A stretch of DNA of 64,000 bases from assembly GCA_945877765.1 (NCBI GenBank), contig CAMDWQ010000001.1:86253-150252 (forward strand), given 5' to 3'. Under the pieces are notes generated by a model. That model saw only the letters and a list, made by a program, of their open reading frames with translations, had not been told where the DNA came from and did not search any database. This document shows positions 55,121-64,000 of this stretch, one piece after another. The position numbers were made by a program, and so were the translations under genes. Origin of the DNA: Candidatus Omnitrophota bacterium. Its GTDB lineage: Bacteria > Omnitrophota > Gorgyraeia > 2-02-FULL-51-18. The stretch's first letter is position 1. Every line of letters starts with the position of its first letter.

Positions 55121-56226
55121 TGCCTACAAAAAATTTGAAAATGAAGAAGCTGTTATTTTTAGCCCCCAAACTTTTAAAAACAGCAGGAGTCTTTGGGCTT
55201 CTAACAATTTTGACGGTCACTTCCGTCGTGGCGGCGAATCTTTCTGATGAAGAAAAAGCACAAAAGCGCCAGGATCTTGAGAAATTTTTCTCCAACGCTC
55301 TTATCCAGACCAAACCCGAGGCCGTCAAAAAAACCTACCAAACTTTACAGATGACTGGTAGTGGCTCCACTCGCTATGGTTATGACAGCAATGTCGATCT
55401 TGACAGCAGTGAAGAGGGTGATTTTTTCTACCAAGAGAAAATTGGCGGTAAATTGGAGTACGCGCCGGAGGGGGCCTCGCTTTGGGGGATGCCTATCTTA
55501 GGAGGCGTTGAAGGCCGCTATGATTATTGGGGGTACTTTGACCGCGATGATATGAATCGCCAGACGATTTACGGCGCGCCTTATCTTCAATTAAACATCA
55601 ACCAGGATTTGGAGCTTCAAGCCGCGTATGAGTTCCGGGCGCGCCTCTACGATACGCGTGATGATTTAAGTTATTTTTCTAACGGCGCCAAGACTTCGTT
55701 GACTCACCGAATTATCCCTGGCTTGACGCAAAAAGGCACGTTTAGCTACGAACGTCTGGATTATACGGATCGCGCCGCGCTTTTACCCGATGGAAATTTT
55801 TCAGCCAGCGACCGGCAGGATAACCGGTACGAAGCATCTTATGGAATTAGAGACCGGATAGGGCCTTGGACCATTGACCTAGGAGGAAGTTGGCTCTGGA
55901 ATGATTCCAACGATCAGTATTTTGATTACAATGATTTCAACGAAGCGGGAATTGACGGGTCCGTGTCCTACCGCGCGACAGAGAGACTAGTGTTGACCGG
56001 CTTCGGCGGCTGGCACAAAAGAGAGTATGACTCCCGTTTAATTTCGCCAGAGTTTACCACGGTGCAGAGTGACGATTGGTATTATGCCGGCGCAAGGGCT
56101 TTTTATGCCATCAATGCCTGGTCGGGCCTGGATGTGACTTTCACCTACTATCAAAATGACTCCAATGACCCCAACCATGAGTACGACTCCATGATTACTA
56201 GTGCTGGGTATCATATTTATTTTTAA
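55120..56226 (+). CDS. putative outer-membrane beta-barrel protein
   Basis: Signal peptide. Alternating amphipathic strands rich in Y/G/D. C-terminal ...GYHIYF ends in an aromatic residue, as OMP beta-barrels do. Start overlaps the FecR-like stop by 1 nt. Confidence 0.5.
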   Translation: MPTKNLKMKKLLFLAPKLLKTAGVFGLLTILTVTSVVAANLSDEEKAQKRQDLEKFFSNALIQTKPEAVKKTYQTLQMTGSGSTRYGYDSNVDLDSSEEGDFFYQEKIGGKLEYAPEGASLWGMPILGGVEGRYDYWGYFDRDDMNRQTIYGAPYLQLNINQDLELQAAYEFRARLYDTRDDLSYFSNGAKTSLTHRIIPGLTQKGTFSYERLDYTDRAALLPDGNFSASDRQDNRYEASYGIRDRIGPWTIDLGGSWLWNDSNDQYFDYNDFNEAGIDGSVSYRATERLVLTGFGGWHKREYDSRLISPEFTTVQSDDWYYAGARAFYAINAWSGLDVTFTYYQNDSNDPNHEYDSMITSAGYHIYF

Positions 56227-56227
56227 A

Positions 56228-56420
56228 GGGGGTCCAAATTTGTAACCCCTTAGCATTTCCGAACGATTAATGAGCGCCCATGTCATCCCCGAAATTTTTA
56301 ATCGGGGATCATGTTAAAGGGACAGTCTATGGATTATTTTAAGTATGATCCCCGATTAAAAATTTCGGGGATGACATTAGGGGGAGTTGTTCGGAGATGC
56401 TAAGGGGTTACCCAAATTTT
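56228..56420. mobile_element. Composite MITE-like element: roughly 33-bp terminal inverted repeats enclosing a perfect foldback copy of the repeat family
   Basis: ggtccaaatttgtaaccccttagcatttccgaac at 56229-56263 is the near-exact reverse complement of gttcggagatgctaaggggttacccaaattt at 56386-56420. The core 56282-56378 is gtcatccccgaaatttttaatcggggat ... atccccgattaaaaatttcggggatgac. The motif gggagttgttcgga is shared with 47827-47840. Confidence 0.7.
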
Positions 56421-56539
56421 CTCCCCAAGATCTAATTCAAAATTGCTTATATAAGCTTTAAATTAATCACTAAAGTTAAAAAATATTTAATTTAAAATTT
56501 TTAGAAATAATTTTTTTTGTCCTATTTTTGGTTCTTCTA

Positions 56540-56568
56540 TTGTATTTGTACAAAACCTCAGGTAAAAT
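56540..56568 (+). promoter_or_regulatory. candidate sigma70-like promoter for giant gene C (ttgtat-N17-taaaat)
   Basis: Seen directly in an AT-rich leader about 45 nt upstream of the gaggag RBS and the ATG at 56611. Speculative outside model organisms. Confidence 0.3.
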
Positions 56569-56610
56569 TTCGATGTCCAAATCCCGCAAACTCATTTCGA
56601 GGAGAAACTA

Positions 56611-59600
56611 ATGAAGTTATTCAATAAGTCGTATTCGGTTCGTGTGATGAAGGCATTTAGCTTCATTCTTCTTGTTTCTTTCGCGGGTTCTGAGATTGCC
56701 CAAGCGGCTTCTCTTTCCGGCGTTTCTAGTTTGCCGGCAGCTTCTAAAATTTCTTCACCTCTTCTCGATGTTTCGTCTTTCCAGGTTCCTGGCGCCTACA
56801 GCCAATATAAGGAAAGCCACCAAGCTCCCTTACAGAACGGTTCCCCTGCGCCGCTGATTATTTTGATCCAGGATGCGCATGCCAATTTGTCCAGCCAGGA
56901 AAATCTTGCCAAGACTCTCGATGACTTGATGGAACGCTACCAGTTTAGCGATGTTCTGGTGGAAGGCGGAAGCGGGGATGTGTCGCTTAGTCCCTTGCGC
57001 GAACTGATGGATGCCGCGTCGATGAAGCGTGTGGCAGGACGCTATCTGCGCGATGCTGAGATTTCCGGGGCAGAATATCTCAACCTGACTTCTTCTCGGC
57101 CGATGAATCTGAAGGGCATTGAAGACTTGGATCTCTACGTACAAGGACTTAAAGCCTACGCCCAGTTGGCGGATCAGCGAGAAAAAATTCTAAGCTATCT
57201 AGATAAAAGCCGCATAGCCGTGGAAAATCTTAAGAAAAGACATTACCCCTACGCTTTGTTGTCCTATGAAAAATCAGCCAACAGAGCGGTTTCGCCTGAA
57301 AAATTGGTGGAAGTGGCCCAAAAACAGGGCATCTCATTTTCTGAATTTGCCGAACTAACAAAACTTTCTTTTCTGTTGATCGAAGAGAAGCAAATTGATT
57401 TTAGCCTCGCTCAGCTTGAGCTGGGGTCGATCGTCGAGAAGATCGGCGCTAAAGATGCTGGCAGTCTTGTGCGGGAGCTCTCCCTCGAGCCCAAGCAAAA
57501 GGGCGCGGGGCAGTATGCCTATTTTAGAAAGATTATCGAAGCAGCTAAAGCTCACAACGTCGACCTCTCCTCGATGAGCCAATTTCAAAACTACACCGCG
57601 TATCTAGAAAAGTTTTCAAAACTAGACATGGCGGTACTTCTTGAAGAGGCCGAGAAATTTGAGCAAATCGTTTATAGCCGCCTGCTCGATCATGAGACCG
57701 CCCATACGCTGCGTGCCGTGGACCGCTACCTCGAGCTTCTAGAGACGGCCTACCGCATCCAGATGACCTCGTCTGAATTCGCTTTGTTTCTTGAAAATAC
57801 ACCCGATTTTCCGACGATCTCCTGGCAAGCTTTTTTAAATCGCAATCTTTTGGAAGAAGGCTTCAACGAAAGCCTCGTGCCCCTTGAAAAATATCTCGAA
57901 GAGGGCCGTGTGGCGCTGGAAGCGTTTTATCGCGCGGTAGACGCAAGAGATCTTGCGTTTATCAAAAATATAGAAAATTGGAAAAAGGAAAATCAGGCTA
58001 ATACACAATCCAAGATTTGTGCTTTAATTGCCGGAGGTTATCACACCAGCCACCTGGCCAAACTTTTGAAGGAAAAAGGTTATTCATATGTAGTGATCAC
58101 CCCCATTGTCACTTCCGCGACCAACCAGGCCAAGTATGAAAAAGTACTCCTAGCGCCTTTAAAATCCGAAACCAAGATCGTCCAGACCGTCAACGGCAAA
58201 GCGCATATTGCCGGGGTCGATGGACAGGCGACCTATGCCGCTTTCGCGGGACAGGTTCCGGTTGCTATTGTCAGAGAATCCGGAAGGACGCGGCTTTCTC
58301 CACGCGTGGAAGGTTTTGTTGGTCAGACGACGCGGGCGAGACGCAATTTCCAAGGCGCTCTTTTGAAAAATACAGGCGTATCGTCTGCGACAACTTTAGC
58401 TCCGGCGAGGTTGGCGGAAGTCCGTTTCGGTTTCGAAAACGCAGAAAAACAGACAACTCATTCTTTTGCTTCTTTCAATATTGGAAAATTGCTGAATCGG
58501 CAGCTTTCGATTCTTCCTGATGCGGCAGTCGATGCTGTGCGCGAATATCTGCAGAGAGCCTATGATAAAAAATGGATCAAAGGGTTTAAAGTTGTGGATT
58601 TGACGGCCTCCCAGATTAACATTCATATTTCTCACAATCATGGAGAGAACAACGCGGATGTGCACCGGATCATGCTTGAAGCTATTCGTGCAGGTCTTGA
58701 AACCAAATCAATGAAGGGTCGATTAAATATTAATCCTTCCGCAATTAGCGCGCTTGAGTTGACGAAGGCGCTCCAGGTTTCTTTTGCGGATCACCGTTTT
58801 CTGGAAAGGCCCGGAGTTTCTGAGAGCGTTGAGGTGGCGATGGGTGTGAATGTGGACATTTCCGCGTTCAACAATACAGCCTATGATCTTTTCGGCAGCC
58901 TTGATTTCAATCCCGCCCCGACGCTCAGCGGAGACAAGATCCGTGGTGTCCGGTTTTACTTCCAAAAACGTGCAGATATTCTTCGCGGGATCACCAAGAT
59001 CAGTGTTTTGGAAGTCTCTAAAAAAGAAGAAGGCGGGTATGATATTAACCAGCTTGATAAAATAAAAATAATGCTCTCGCAAAATGAAAATATTGTCACT
59101 GCAGTGTATCCAGTTCGGGGGGCTGCGTTTAAAGATCCAAGCGAACCATTGATGACGGTGACATTCCAGCCAGTGTTCGGTTCCGACGGCGAACCTGCTC
59201 TCAATCCCATCGCTATTTTTCGTGGACAAAGCGGGGGCCCTCCTGTTGGCGCGATCGGGCATACGGTCGCTAATACGCGCTATGTTTTAGGGGGACCTAA
59301 AGCAGACCGCTATGTTGCGGTTAGACCTTATACGCTTAAACAAGCGCGCAAACCTATCAGAGAAAAGGGTATTGGCGGCTTTGTGATGTATGGTTATGAA
59401 CAAGCGGGCAACGGGTATATGCCACGAAATGGCTATATCTCAGATTATTTTGGTTTAAGCGTGACATTTCTTTATGCCTACATTCAAAAAGCAAGAAGGT
59501 TTGCCAAGGTGATGCTTGCACACGAAGGATTCCAGCCTTTTCTTCACCCGCGTGCAGCAGCCAAGTACGCTGAGCCCGTCAGACATGAGCTCAATGATCG

Positions 59601-62600
59601 ATTTGTCGATGTCGTCAAAGACTTCGAAACGGATCCATTTTATACGGACGTCGACCGTCGGGTGGCGGCCGGAGAATTGGTTAAATTTACATCCGGTAAA
59701 GTCGATTTTGGTGCGACCAATGGGCATACGAAGGCACCCGCCATATACACAGCACTCCAGAGAGCATATTTAGAGGTAATGAAAGAACGCGGATTGATCA
59801 CGGACTACTTTACTCTTGGACAGGATACCGATGACAAAATGAAGCGTGTAAGTCTGGAAGCTAATTATGGGACGGGCGATGATACTCACGTGACTGTCAT
59901 TGGAGGAGAAGCCGAGGACGTCCAGTTGATCATCAAAAGAGCCCTGGGGGCGGGACCTGTTTTTCATATGCTTGCTTTTAAAGATACGGACCAGAAAGAG
60001 AAGCCCGGTGTCGGCACTTACGGTCTTTTGCAGGATCTGCAAGGCTCGGACGCGGAGGCTGTTAAAAAGAATCCTTTCGGCTGGCTGGGACTAGGAGACA
60101 AAGCTGTTGCTGAGAGATTTTTTGAACTGGCCAATCAATTGGCGGATGAGCGTGATATCAAAGCCGGCGTGATCGAGTCCCTTTATAACCAATGGAAAAC
60201 TTGGAACCTGACGCAAGATCAAGAAGAGCAAGAGCTCGTTAGGGGAAGCGGTAATACTTCCGCCCAGGGTATCGGAGTGGCTTACCAATACATGGATGCT
60301 AAGAGGGACAAGGGCTACGCGGAGTTGAATGCCGATAAAATGGGGCCGCAATCCAAGAATGTCCTCTGGGCCCACGTGATCCAGCAGGATGTGCCAGCCA
60401 ACGGCCGAACGGTTGAAATTTGGGATGTAAAGGCTTTTGATGAAAAGGGCAATATTGCAAGTAAAGATCTTCCCAGAAGCTGGTCGGATTTAAGCTATCT
60501 GGTTCTTTCCGCTCTAAAGGCGAAAGAGCAGCGTATTACGCCCGCGGATGCTGAATGGCTTGAAAAAACAGCCTATGCGGGTGGCACGCTGTCAGACGCT
60601 GCGAAATATGACCGTTTGAATACTATTTTAAAGCACATTGGTTATGTGCCCTCCAAACGCATTTTCATGGATGTGGAAACAGAGCTTGAGCAGATCAAAA
60701 CCATCCTCGGAGACTCTGATCGTTTTAATGTGAAGGCGCTTTGGGACAAGAAGCAGTCGGGTTGGGATCCTAGTCGCGCTGAGGATTATCTGGACCGCCC
60801 TGTTGCCATGTCTACCGTATCCCGTTTGGGACTTTTGGCGGGCGGAGAATATGTCGGAAAAGATGATGACAAAATTATGGGTACCCCTGACGTGATGCAA
60901 CATTTTTTTGATTACTTGGAAAAGACTCCATGGATGCTTCAGGGGGATATGAATGGCTCCCATCAGCTTCAGGCATTACTTCTTCCTTTAGACGAAGCGG
61001 TGGCCACGATCAATAGCGCTCCTATTGCCGTAGCACTGATTAATCACTTTGACGAAAATGGCCGGCCGACAGGAGTGACAGACGTCTTCAAAAGCAAAGC
61101 ATTTCAAAAACGAAGCAAGCAAGCCGCTGTTTTTAATCTTGATTTTATTTTGGCGCAACGAGCCACCAACCCTCATCTAGCACATCGGGAACAGGTAGAA
61201 GGGGCTTATGCCATCGAAGCTATCTCTCGGGCATTGGATTCTCCCGATAGCCCGTATTGGCTTGATAAACTACAAGCTCAACATCCGGGAGAGTACCCAC
61301 GGCCGGTATCTGCTGATGCATCGATGCTCTATACCGCGGTGGGCGGAAATCGGGTGGCTTCCTATCTAGAGCTTTCCGCTGCGCGACTTGCTGTCAATAC
61401 TGTCCAATTAACTCAAGATCGCCTCAACACCATCTCACTTGATTTTACCGATAACACATCGGATGCGGTGATTAACAGGGCGATTGAAAATGGAGCTACT
61501 GAAGTGACCACCAACCCATTCTCTATCGCCACTTCTCTTGTGAAGGGAAATGATCCAGCACTGTCCGCACTTATCGCTGCGGCTCCACCAACTTTAAGAG
61601 GGCGGGAGCTTTTGAAGTGGGTGTATTGGAATCGCGGCAAGCAAATTGCCAAAAATCCACAGCTCGTGAAATTTTTTAAGGAAAGCAAGGGAGATCATGG
61701 CTGGGTCACTGTCGAAGTAGATCCGACGTTCTCTTATCTTTGGGAAGTGCAAACCACCGACGGCATAATAGTCACGCCTGTCCTCGATGAAAAGGGTATT
61801 TTTATCCGTAAGGAGCTCCAAGGTGTGCTTGGGGAACAAGTTGAGAGTTTGCAGGCTCTTGAAAGAATGTTGTCTGATGGATCTCTTAGAGTACAAGTTC
61901 ATAATGCGCTTGTAAAAGCAATACTTCTTGAAGTTAAAGAAATTGCAACGTATGCCCCCAACATCGCGGTCACGGTAGGCAATACTCGTGGTTTAAAACA
62001 ATACCTCGGAGAAGACTTGGCTCTGTCGGTCGGGCTTACAGTTCTTGAGGAAGCCACAGCCCTAGGCATTTCGACTAATTTTACGCGGATTTTTGGCCGT
62101 GTGGATGCCCAAGCTAACCAGGCCGCCTGGCGGCAAGGCTATCTTCGTGCACAAAATGTAGGCTTGGTCAGTGCCGATAACCCTGTTCGCGGGCATAACA
62201 GTGTTTTTGTCAGCCCTGTCGAGCCCTACACACTTGCCAACATTAGGGATAAAGGCGATTTGGACTATGCTCAAGGGATGGTAGGTCTCGTGACAGCCGT
62301 GGAAACTTATTTGCGAGGTTACAGTGAAAACCTGACCAATGATAGTACTATTAATAGGGATCAAAATTTAATTATTGCAAGTCTCGAAAACGAAGGTGAT
62401 GGTCCTCCCGATTTTAATATGTCAGCGCTGATTGGCGGCGGTGAACGGGCGGTGTTAACTATCACGCCGGATATTATTGATAGTTTTAATCAAAATGACC
62501 CAAATAGTATAACGCCCACTCTTGGTGAAGCCAGGACGATATACCAGAGCACGAGGTCTTTGGAAGCTGCCATAGTCCCTCTCATTACTCCTTTTTTTAA

Positions 62601-64000
62601 GATGGCTGATAGACTCCAACCTCTTTTCAATACCGGATACATGGTTGATTTAAAAGAGGGACGCATCAATGCTGAAATGGCCGCCGTGCGTGCCTACAGA
62701 GAATACAATAGATTTAGGACCTTGTCTTCCAGTAAAACCATGCTTGATACTCTTTCTGTTGAGGGAGACGTCAAGTTTGCTGGTCTATTCCTTCTGGCTA
62801 TTTCAAAAGTTGACCAGGCTGGTGCAGCCGCCAGACTTGCTTCAAACACCAACCAATTAAGTGACGCTGGCCCCAATGCAGATCTTGCATCAACCATCAC
62901 CGTTAATTTAGCGAATCAAAGCTCCAGCCTAGCTGCCGCAAATGTAACTGCGGCTCCCGCAGCGGCAGGTCTGGTATCCACTGGCATTGATGGTTTAGCT
63001 CCTAATGGCAGGAACCTAGTTAGCAGCACAAGCACAGTTGAGACTTCCGCGTCAATCATCCATTTCGCTTCGGGTGAGGTGCGCATTCCACCAAGTCAAT
63101 TAACGGCTGAGCAGGCAGAGTCTATTCAATTCACCCAACGTGACAGCGCGGCTTTGGCTCAACTAGCGGAAACACCAACTACCTTATCCACGTCGTTCGC
63201 TTTTTCTTTAGAGAGTGTAAATGGATTGGCTGTGACCGCTACACCGACGTCGGCTGTTACGGTTGTTATTACCACCAATCAAGGCAGTGCACGTACCGAA
63301 TTTCGTTCAACTTCTCAAGACCGCAGCGCCGCACAAGGTCAAGCTAGTAGCCTCCGGAATGTGTCTAGCGCTGTTTCAAATGAGAGTCGGTATATCGAAC
63401 AAGCCAGAGATGTTTATCATAGCGAAGTCCAAGCTGCGGGAGGCATCAAAAAAATCGAAGCTCGTATGATTGATATATCGCTATCTCGATACGCCACAGG
63501 ATCTCCAGCGCTTCAAAAAGAGCGAATCTTTAATCTGTTGGAAGCGCTTCTTCAAGTTGCCAACGCTGAAGGTGACAGTCTCTTTATGCACCGCTTTGTA
63601 GACGTGGAGAGTGTGAATGCAAATGTTCTAAACGACAGCGCTATTCAGGTGCTTGTGGATATTTTAGTAAGCAAGAATGTTTTAGCTCCAGACCCATTGT
63701 CTGGCACCATGTCTCCTTACAAGGATGCGGTCACGGGGCTTGCGGTAAAGGAATTTACGATGGCTTCCTCTGTGAACTTAGCCGAGGTGACCACAGGTTA
63801 TTTGCCTTTTGCTCCATATAGCGCAGATGGTGGAGGATATGCCAGAGAGCTAGCTTGGCTGTATCTGATTAGGACAGCGAGTATTCAGGATGCCAACGAC
63901 CCTTCCCAGGCATTTATGGAACTGTATCTATCTTATTTACCTCTGGCACAACGAAATGATACCAATCGGACCGCTCGTATTAAAGCCTTCTTAAGGGGTG
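56611..64000 (+). CDS. giant secreted protein C (more than 2460 aa, 3' end beyond window); paralogue of A and B
   Basis: Not in the ORF track because it has no in-window stop. Manual translation from the ATG at 56611 (gaggag RBS) gives signal peptide MKLFNKSYSVRVMKAFSFILLVSFAGSEIAQA, then LIILIQDAHANLSSQENLAKTLDDLMERY...LVEGGSGD and ALIAGGYHTSHLAKLLKEKGYSYVVITPIVT at 58021-58110. These are in frame with, and collinear with, giant gene B. A Ser/Thr/Ala-rich low-complexity tract lies at about 62860-63360. Confidence 0.8.
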   Translation, partial: MKLFNKSYSVRVMKAFSFILLVSFAGSEIAQAASLSGVSSLPAASKISSPLLDVSSFQVPGAYSQYKESHQAPLQNGSPAPLIILIQDAHANLSSQENLAKTLDDLMERYQFSDVLVEGGSGDVSLSPLRELMDAASMKRVAGRYLRDAEISGAEYLNLTSSRPMNLKGIEDLDLYVQGLKAYAQLADQREKILSYLDKSRIAVENLKKRHYPYALLSYEKSANRAVSPEKLVEVAQKQGISFSEFAELTKLSFLLIEEKQIDFSLAQLELGSIVEKIGAKDAGSLVRELSLEPKQKGAGQYAYFRKIIEAAKAHNVDLSSMSQFQNYTAYLEKFSKLDMAVLLEEAEKFEQIVYSRLLDHETAHTLRAVDRYLELLETAYRIQMTSSEFALFLENTPDFPTISWQAFLNRNLLEEGFNESLVPLEKYLEEGRVALEAFYRAVDARDLAFIKNIENWKKENQANTQSKICALIAGGYHTSHLAKLLKEKGYSYVVITPIVTSATNQAKYEKVLLAPLKSETKIVQTVNGKAHIAGVDGQATYAAFAGQVPVAIVRESGRTRLSPRVEGFVGQTTRARRNFQGALLKNTGVSSATTLAPARLAEVRFGFENAEKQTTHSFASFNIGKLLNRQLSILPDAAVDAVREYLQRAYDKKWIKGFKVVDLTASQINIHISHNHGENNADVHRIMLEAIRAGLETKSMKGRLNINPSAISALELTKALQVSFADHRFLERPGVSESVEVAMGVNVDISAFNNTAYDLFGSLDFNPAPTLSGDKIRGVRFYFQKRADILRGITKISVLEVSKKEEGGYDINQLDKIKIMLSQNENIVTAVYPVRGAAFKDPSEPLMTVTFQPVFGSDGEPALNPIAIFRGQSGGPPVGAIGHTVANTRYVLGGPKADRYVAVRPYTLKQARKPIREKGIGGFVMYGYEQAGNGYMPRNGYISDYFGLSVTFLYAYIQKARRFAKVMLAHEGFQPFLHPRAAAKYAEPVRHELNDRFVDVVKDFETDPFYTDVDRRVAAGELVKFTSGKVDFGATNGHTKAPAIYTALQRAYLEVMKERGLITDYFTLGQDTDDKMKRVSLEANYGTGDDTHVTVIGGEAEDVQLIIKRALGAGPVFHMLAFKDTDQKEKPGVGTYGLLQDLQGSDAEAVKKNPFGWLGLGDKAVAERFFELANQLADERDIKAGVIESLYNQWKTWNLTQDQEEQELVRGSGNTSAQGIGVAYQYMDAKRDKGYAELNADKMGPQSKNVLWAHVIQQDVPANGRTVEIWDVKAFDEKGNIASKDLPRSWSDLSYLVLSALKAKEQRITPADAEWLEKTAYAGGTLSDAAKYDRLNTILKHIGYVPSKRIFMDVETELEQIKTILGDSDRFNVKALWDKKQSGWDPSRAEDYLDRPVAMSTVSRLGLLAGGEYVGKDDDKIMGTPDVMQHFFDYLEKTPWMLQGDMNGSHQLQALLLPLDEAVATINSAPIAVALINHFDENGRPTGVTDVFKSKAFQKRSKQAAVFNLDFILAQRATNPHLAHREQVEGAYAIEAISRALDSPDSPYWLDKLQAQHPGEYPRPVSADASMLYTAVGGNRVASYLELSAARLAVNTVQLTQDRLNTISLDFTDNTSDAVINRAIENGATEVTTNPFSIATSLVKGNDPALSALIAAAPPTLRGRELLKWVYWNRGKQIAKNPQLVKFFKESKGDHGWVTVEVDPTFSYLWEVQTTDGIIVTPVLDEKGIFIRKELQGVLGEQVESLQALERMLSDGSLRVQVHNALVKAILLEVKEIATYAPNIAVTVGNTRGLKQYLGEDLALSVGLTVLEEATALGISTNFTRIFGRVDAQANQAAWRQGYLRAQNVGLVSADNPVRGHNSVFVSPVEPYTLANIRDKGDLDYAQGMVGLVTAVETYLRGYSENLTNDSTINRDQNLIIASLENEGDGPPDFNMSALIGGGERAVLTITPDIIDSFNQNDPNSITPTLGEARTIYQSTRSLEAAIVPLITPFFKMADRLQPLFNTGYMVDLKEGRINAEMAAVRAYREYNRFRTLSSSKTMLDTLSVEGDVKFAGLFLLAISKVDQAGAAARLASNTNQLSDAGPNADLASTITVNLANQSSSLAAANVTAAPAAAGLVSTGIDGLAPNGRNLVSSTSTVETSASIIHFASGEVRIPPSQLTAEQAESIQFTQRDSAALAQLAETPTTLSTSFAFSLESVNGLAVTATPTSAVTVVITTNQGSARTEFRSTSQDRSAAQGQASSLRNVSSAVSNESRYIEQARDVYHSEVQAAGGIKKIEARMIDISLSRYATGSPALQKERIFNLLEALLQVANAEGDSLFMHRFVDVESVNANVLNDSAIQVLVDILVSKNVLAPDPLSGTMSPYKDAVTGLAVKEFTMASSVNLAEVTTGYLPFAPYSADGGGYARELAWLYLIRTASIQDANDPSQAFMELYLSYLPLAQRNDTNRTARIKAFLRG

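Noticed and set aside
56830-63469. Minus-strand ORFs (56830-57144, 58723-59262, 60628-60963, 61594-61902 and others)
   Set aside because: All lie antisense within the open reading frame of giant gene C (56611 to window end), which is missing from the ORF track only because it has no in-window stop.

Overview
This 64-kb window is a gene-dense bacterial contig with no rRNA, tRNA or CRISPR that I could detect. Three oversized secreted paralogues and an in-frame palindromic repeat family suggest an uncultivated lineage such as Omnitrophota, but that is inference only.

The window falls into four parts:
(1) 1-5257, minus strand: housekeeping genes for a LOG-family protein (partial), an RluA-type pseudouridine synthase, a deoxyhypusine-synthase-like protein and a mitochondrial-type aconitase. 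A short palindromic foldback repeat family is interspersed.
(2) 5258-14700: an accessory, partly AT-rich island. It holds a DUF3800 protein, a retropepsin-like protease with a small DUF5678-like partner, a DUF4258/DUF2283 toxin-antitoxin-like pair, and a 596-aa two-domain hypothetical with a methyltransferase-like N-terminus. It also holds a complete IS21-family element (istA and istB). At the island's right-hand end lies a very AT-rich islet with a Cys-rich protein, an AlpA/Xis-type HTH protein, and a small ORF translationally coupled to a dCTP-deaminase-family gene.
(3) 14745-30660: a roughly 16-kb, translationally coupled nucleotide-sugar operon. It combines heptose-activating enzymes (HddA-like kinase, HddC-like nucleotidyltransferase) with four ThDP-dependent components: E1 alpha/beta, an acetolactate-synthase/YerE-like enzyme and a split transketolase. 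It also has a class-I aminotransferase, a GT2 glycosyltransferase, a SAM methyltransferase, four SDR/epimerase-dehydratases and an RmlC-like epimerase, consistent with synthesis of an unusual branched or higher-carbon sugar.
(4) 30907-64000: three tandem giant paralogous genes of 3189 aa, 2161 aa and more than 2460 aa (the last runs off the window). They share signal peptides and a conserved roughly 450-aa N-terminal module. They are separated by toxin-antitoxin and Abi modules (YhaV/PrlF-like, AbiEi/AbiEii), a NUMOD3 mini-protein, and housekeeping genes (acyltransferase-3, GalE, PepF, SlyD, a FecR-like protein and an outer-membrane beta-barrel).

Copies of the roughly 70-90-bp foldback repeat sit in intergenic DNA, flank a small membrane ORF, lie in-frame inside giant gene B (Rickettsia-RPE-like), and form a TIR-bounded composite directly upstream of giant gene C. 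Giant protein A contains a GlmS-like Ntn-amidotransferase/SIS segment and giant protein B a HEFGHH zincin motif.

The ORF track appears to mark GTG and TTG starts as M, so several annotated starts were moved to internal ATGs with ribosome-binding sites.
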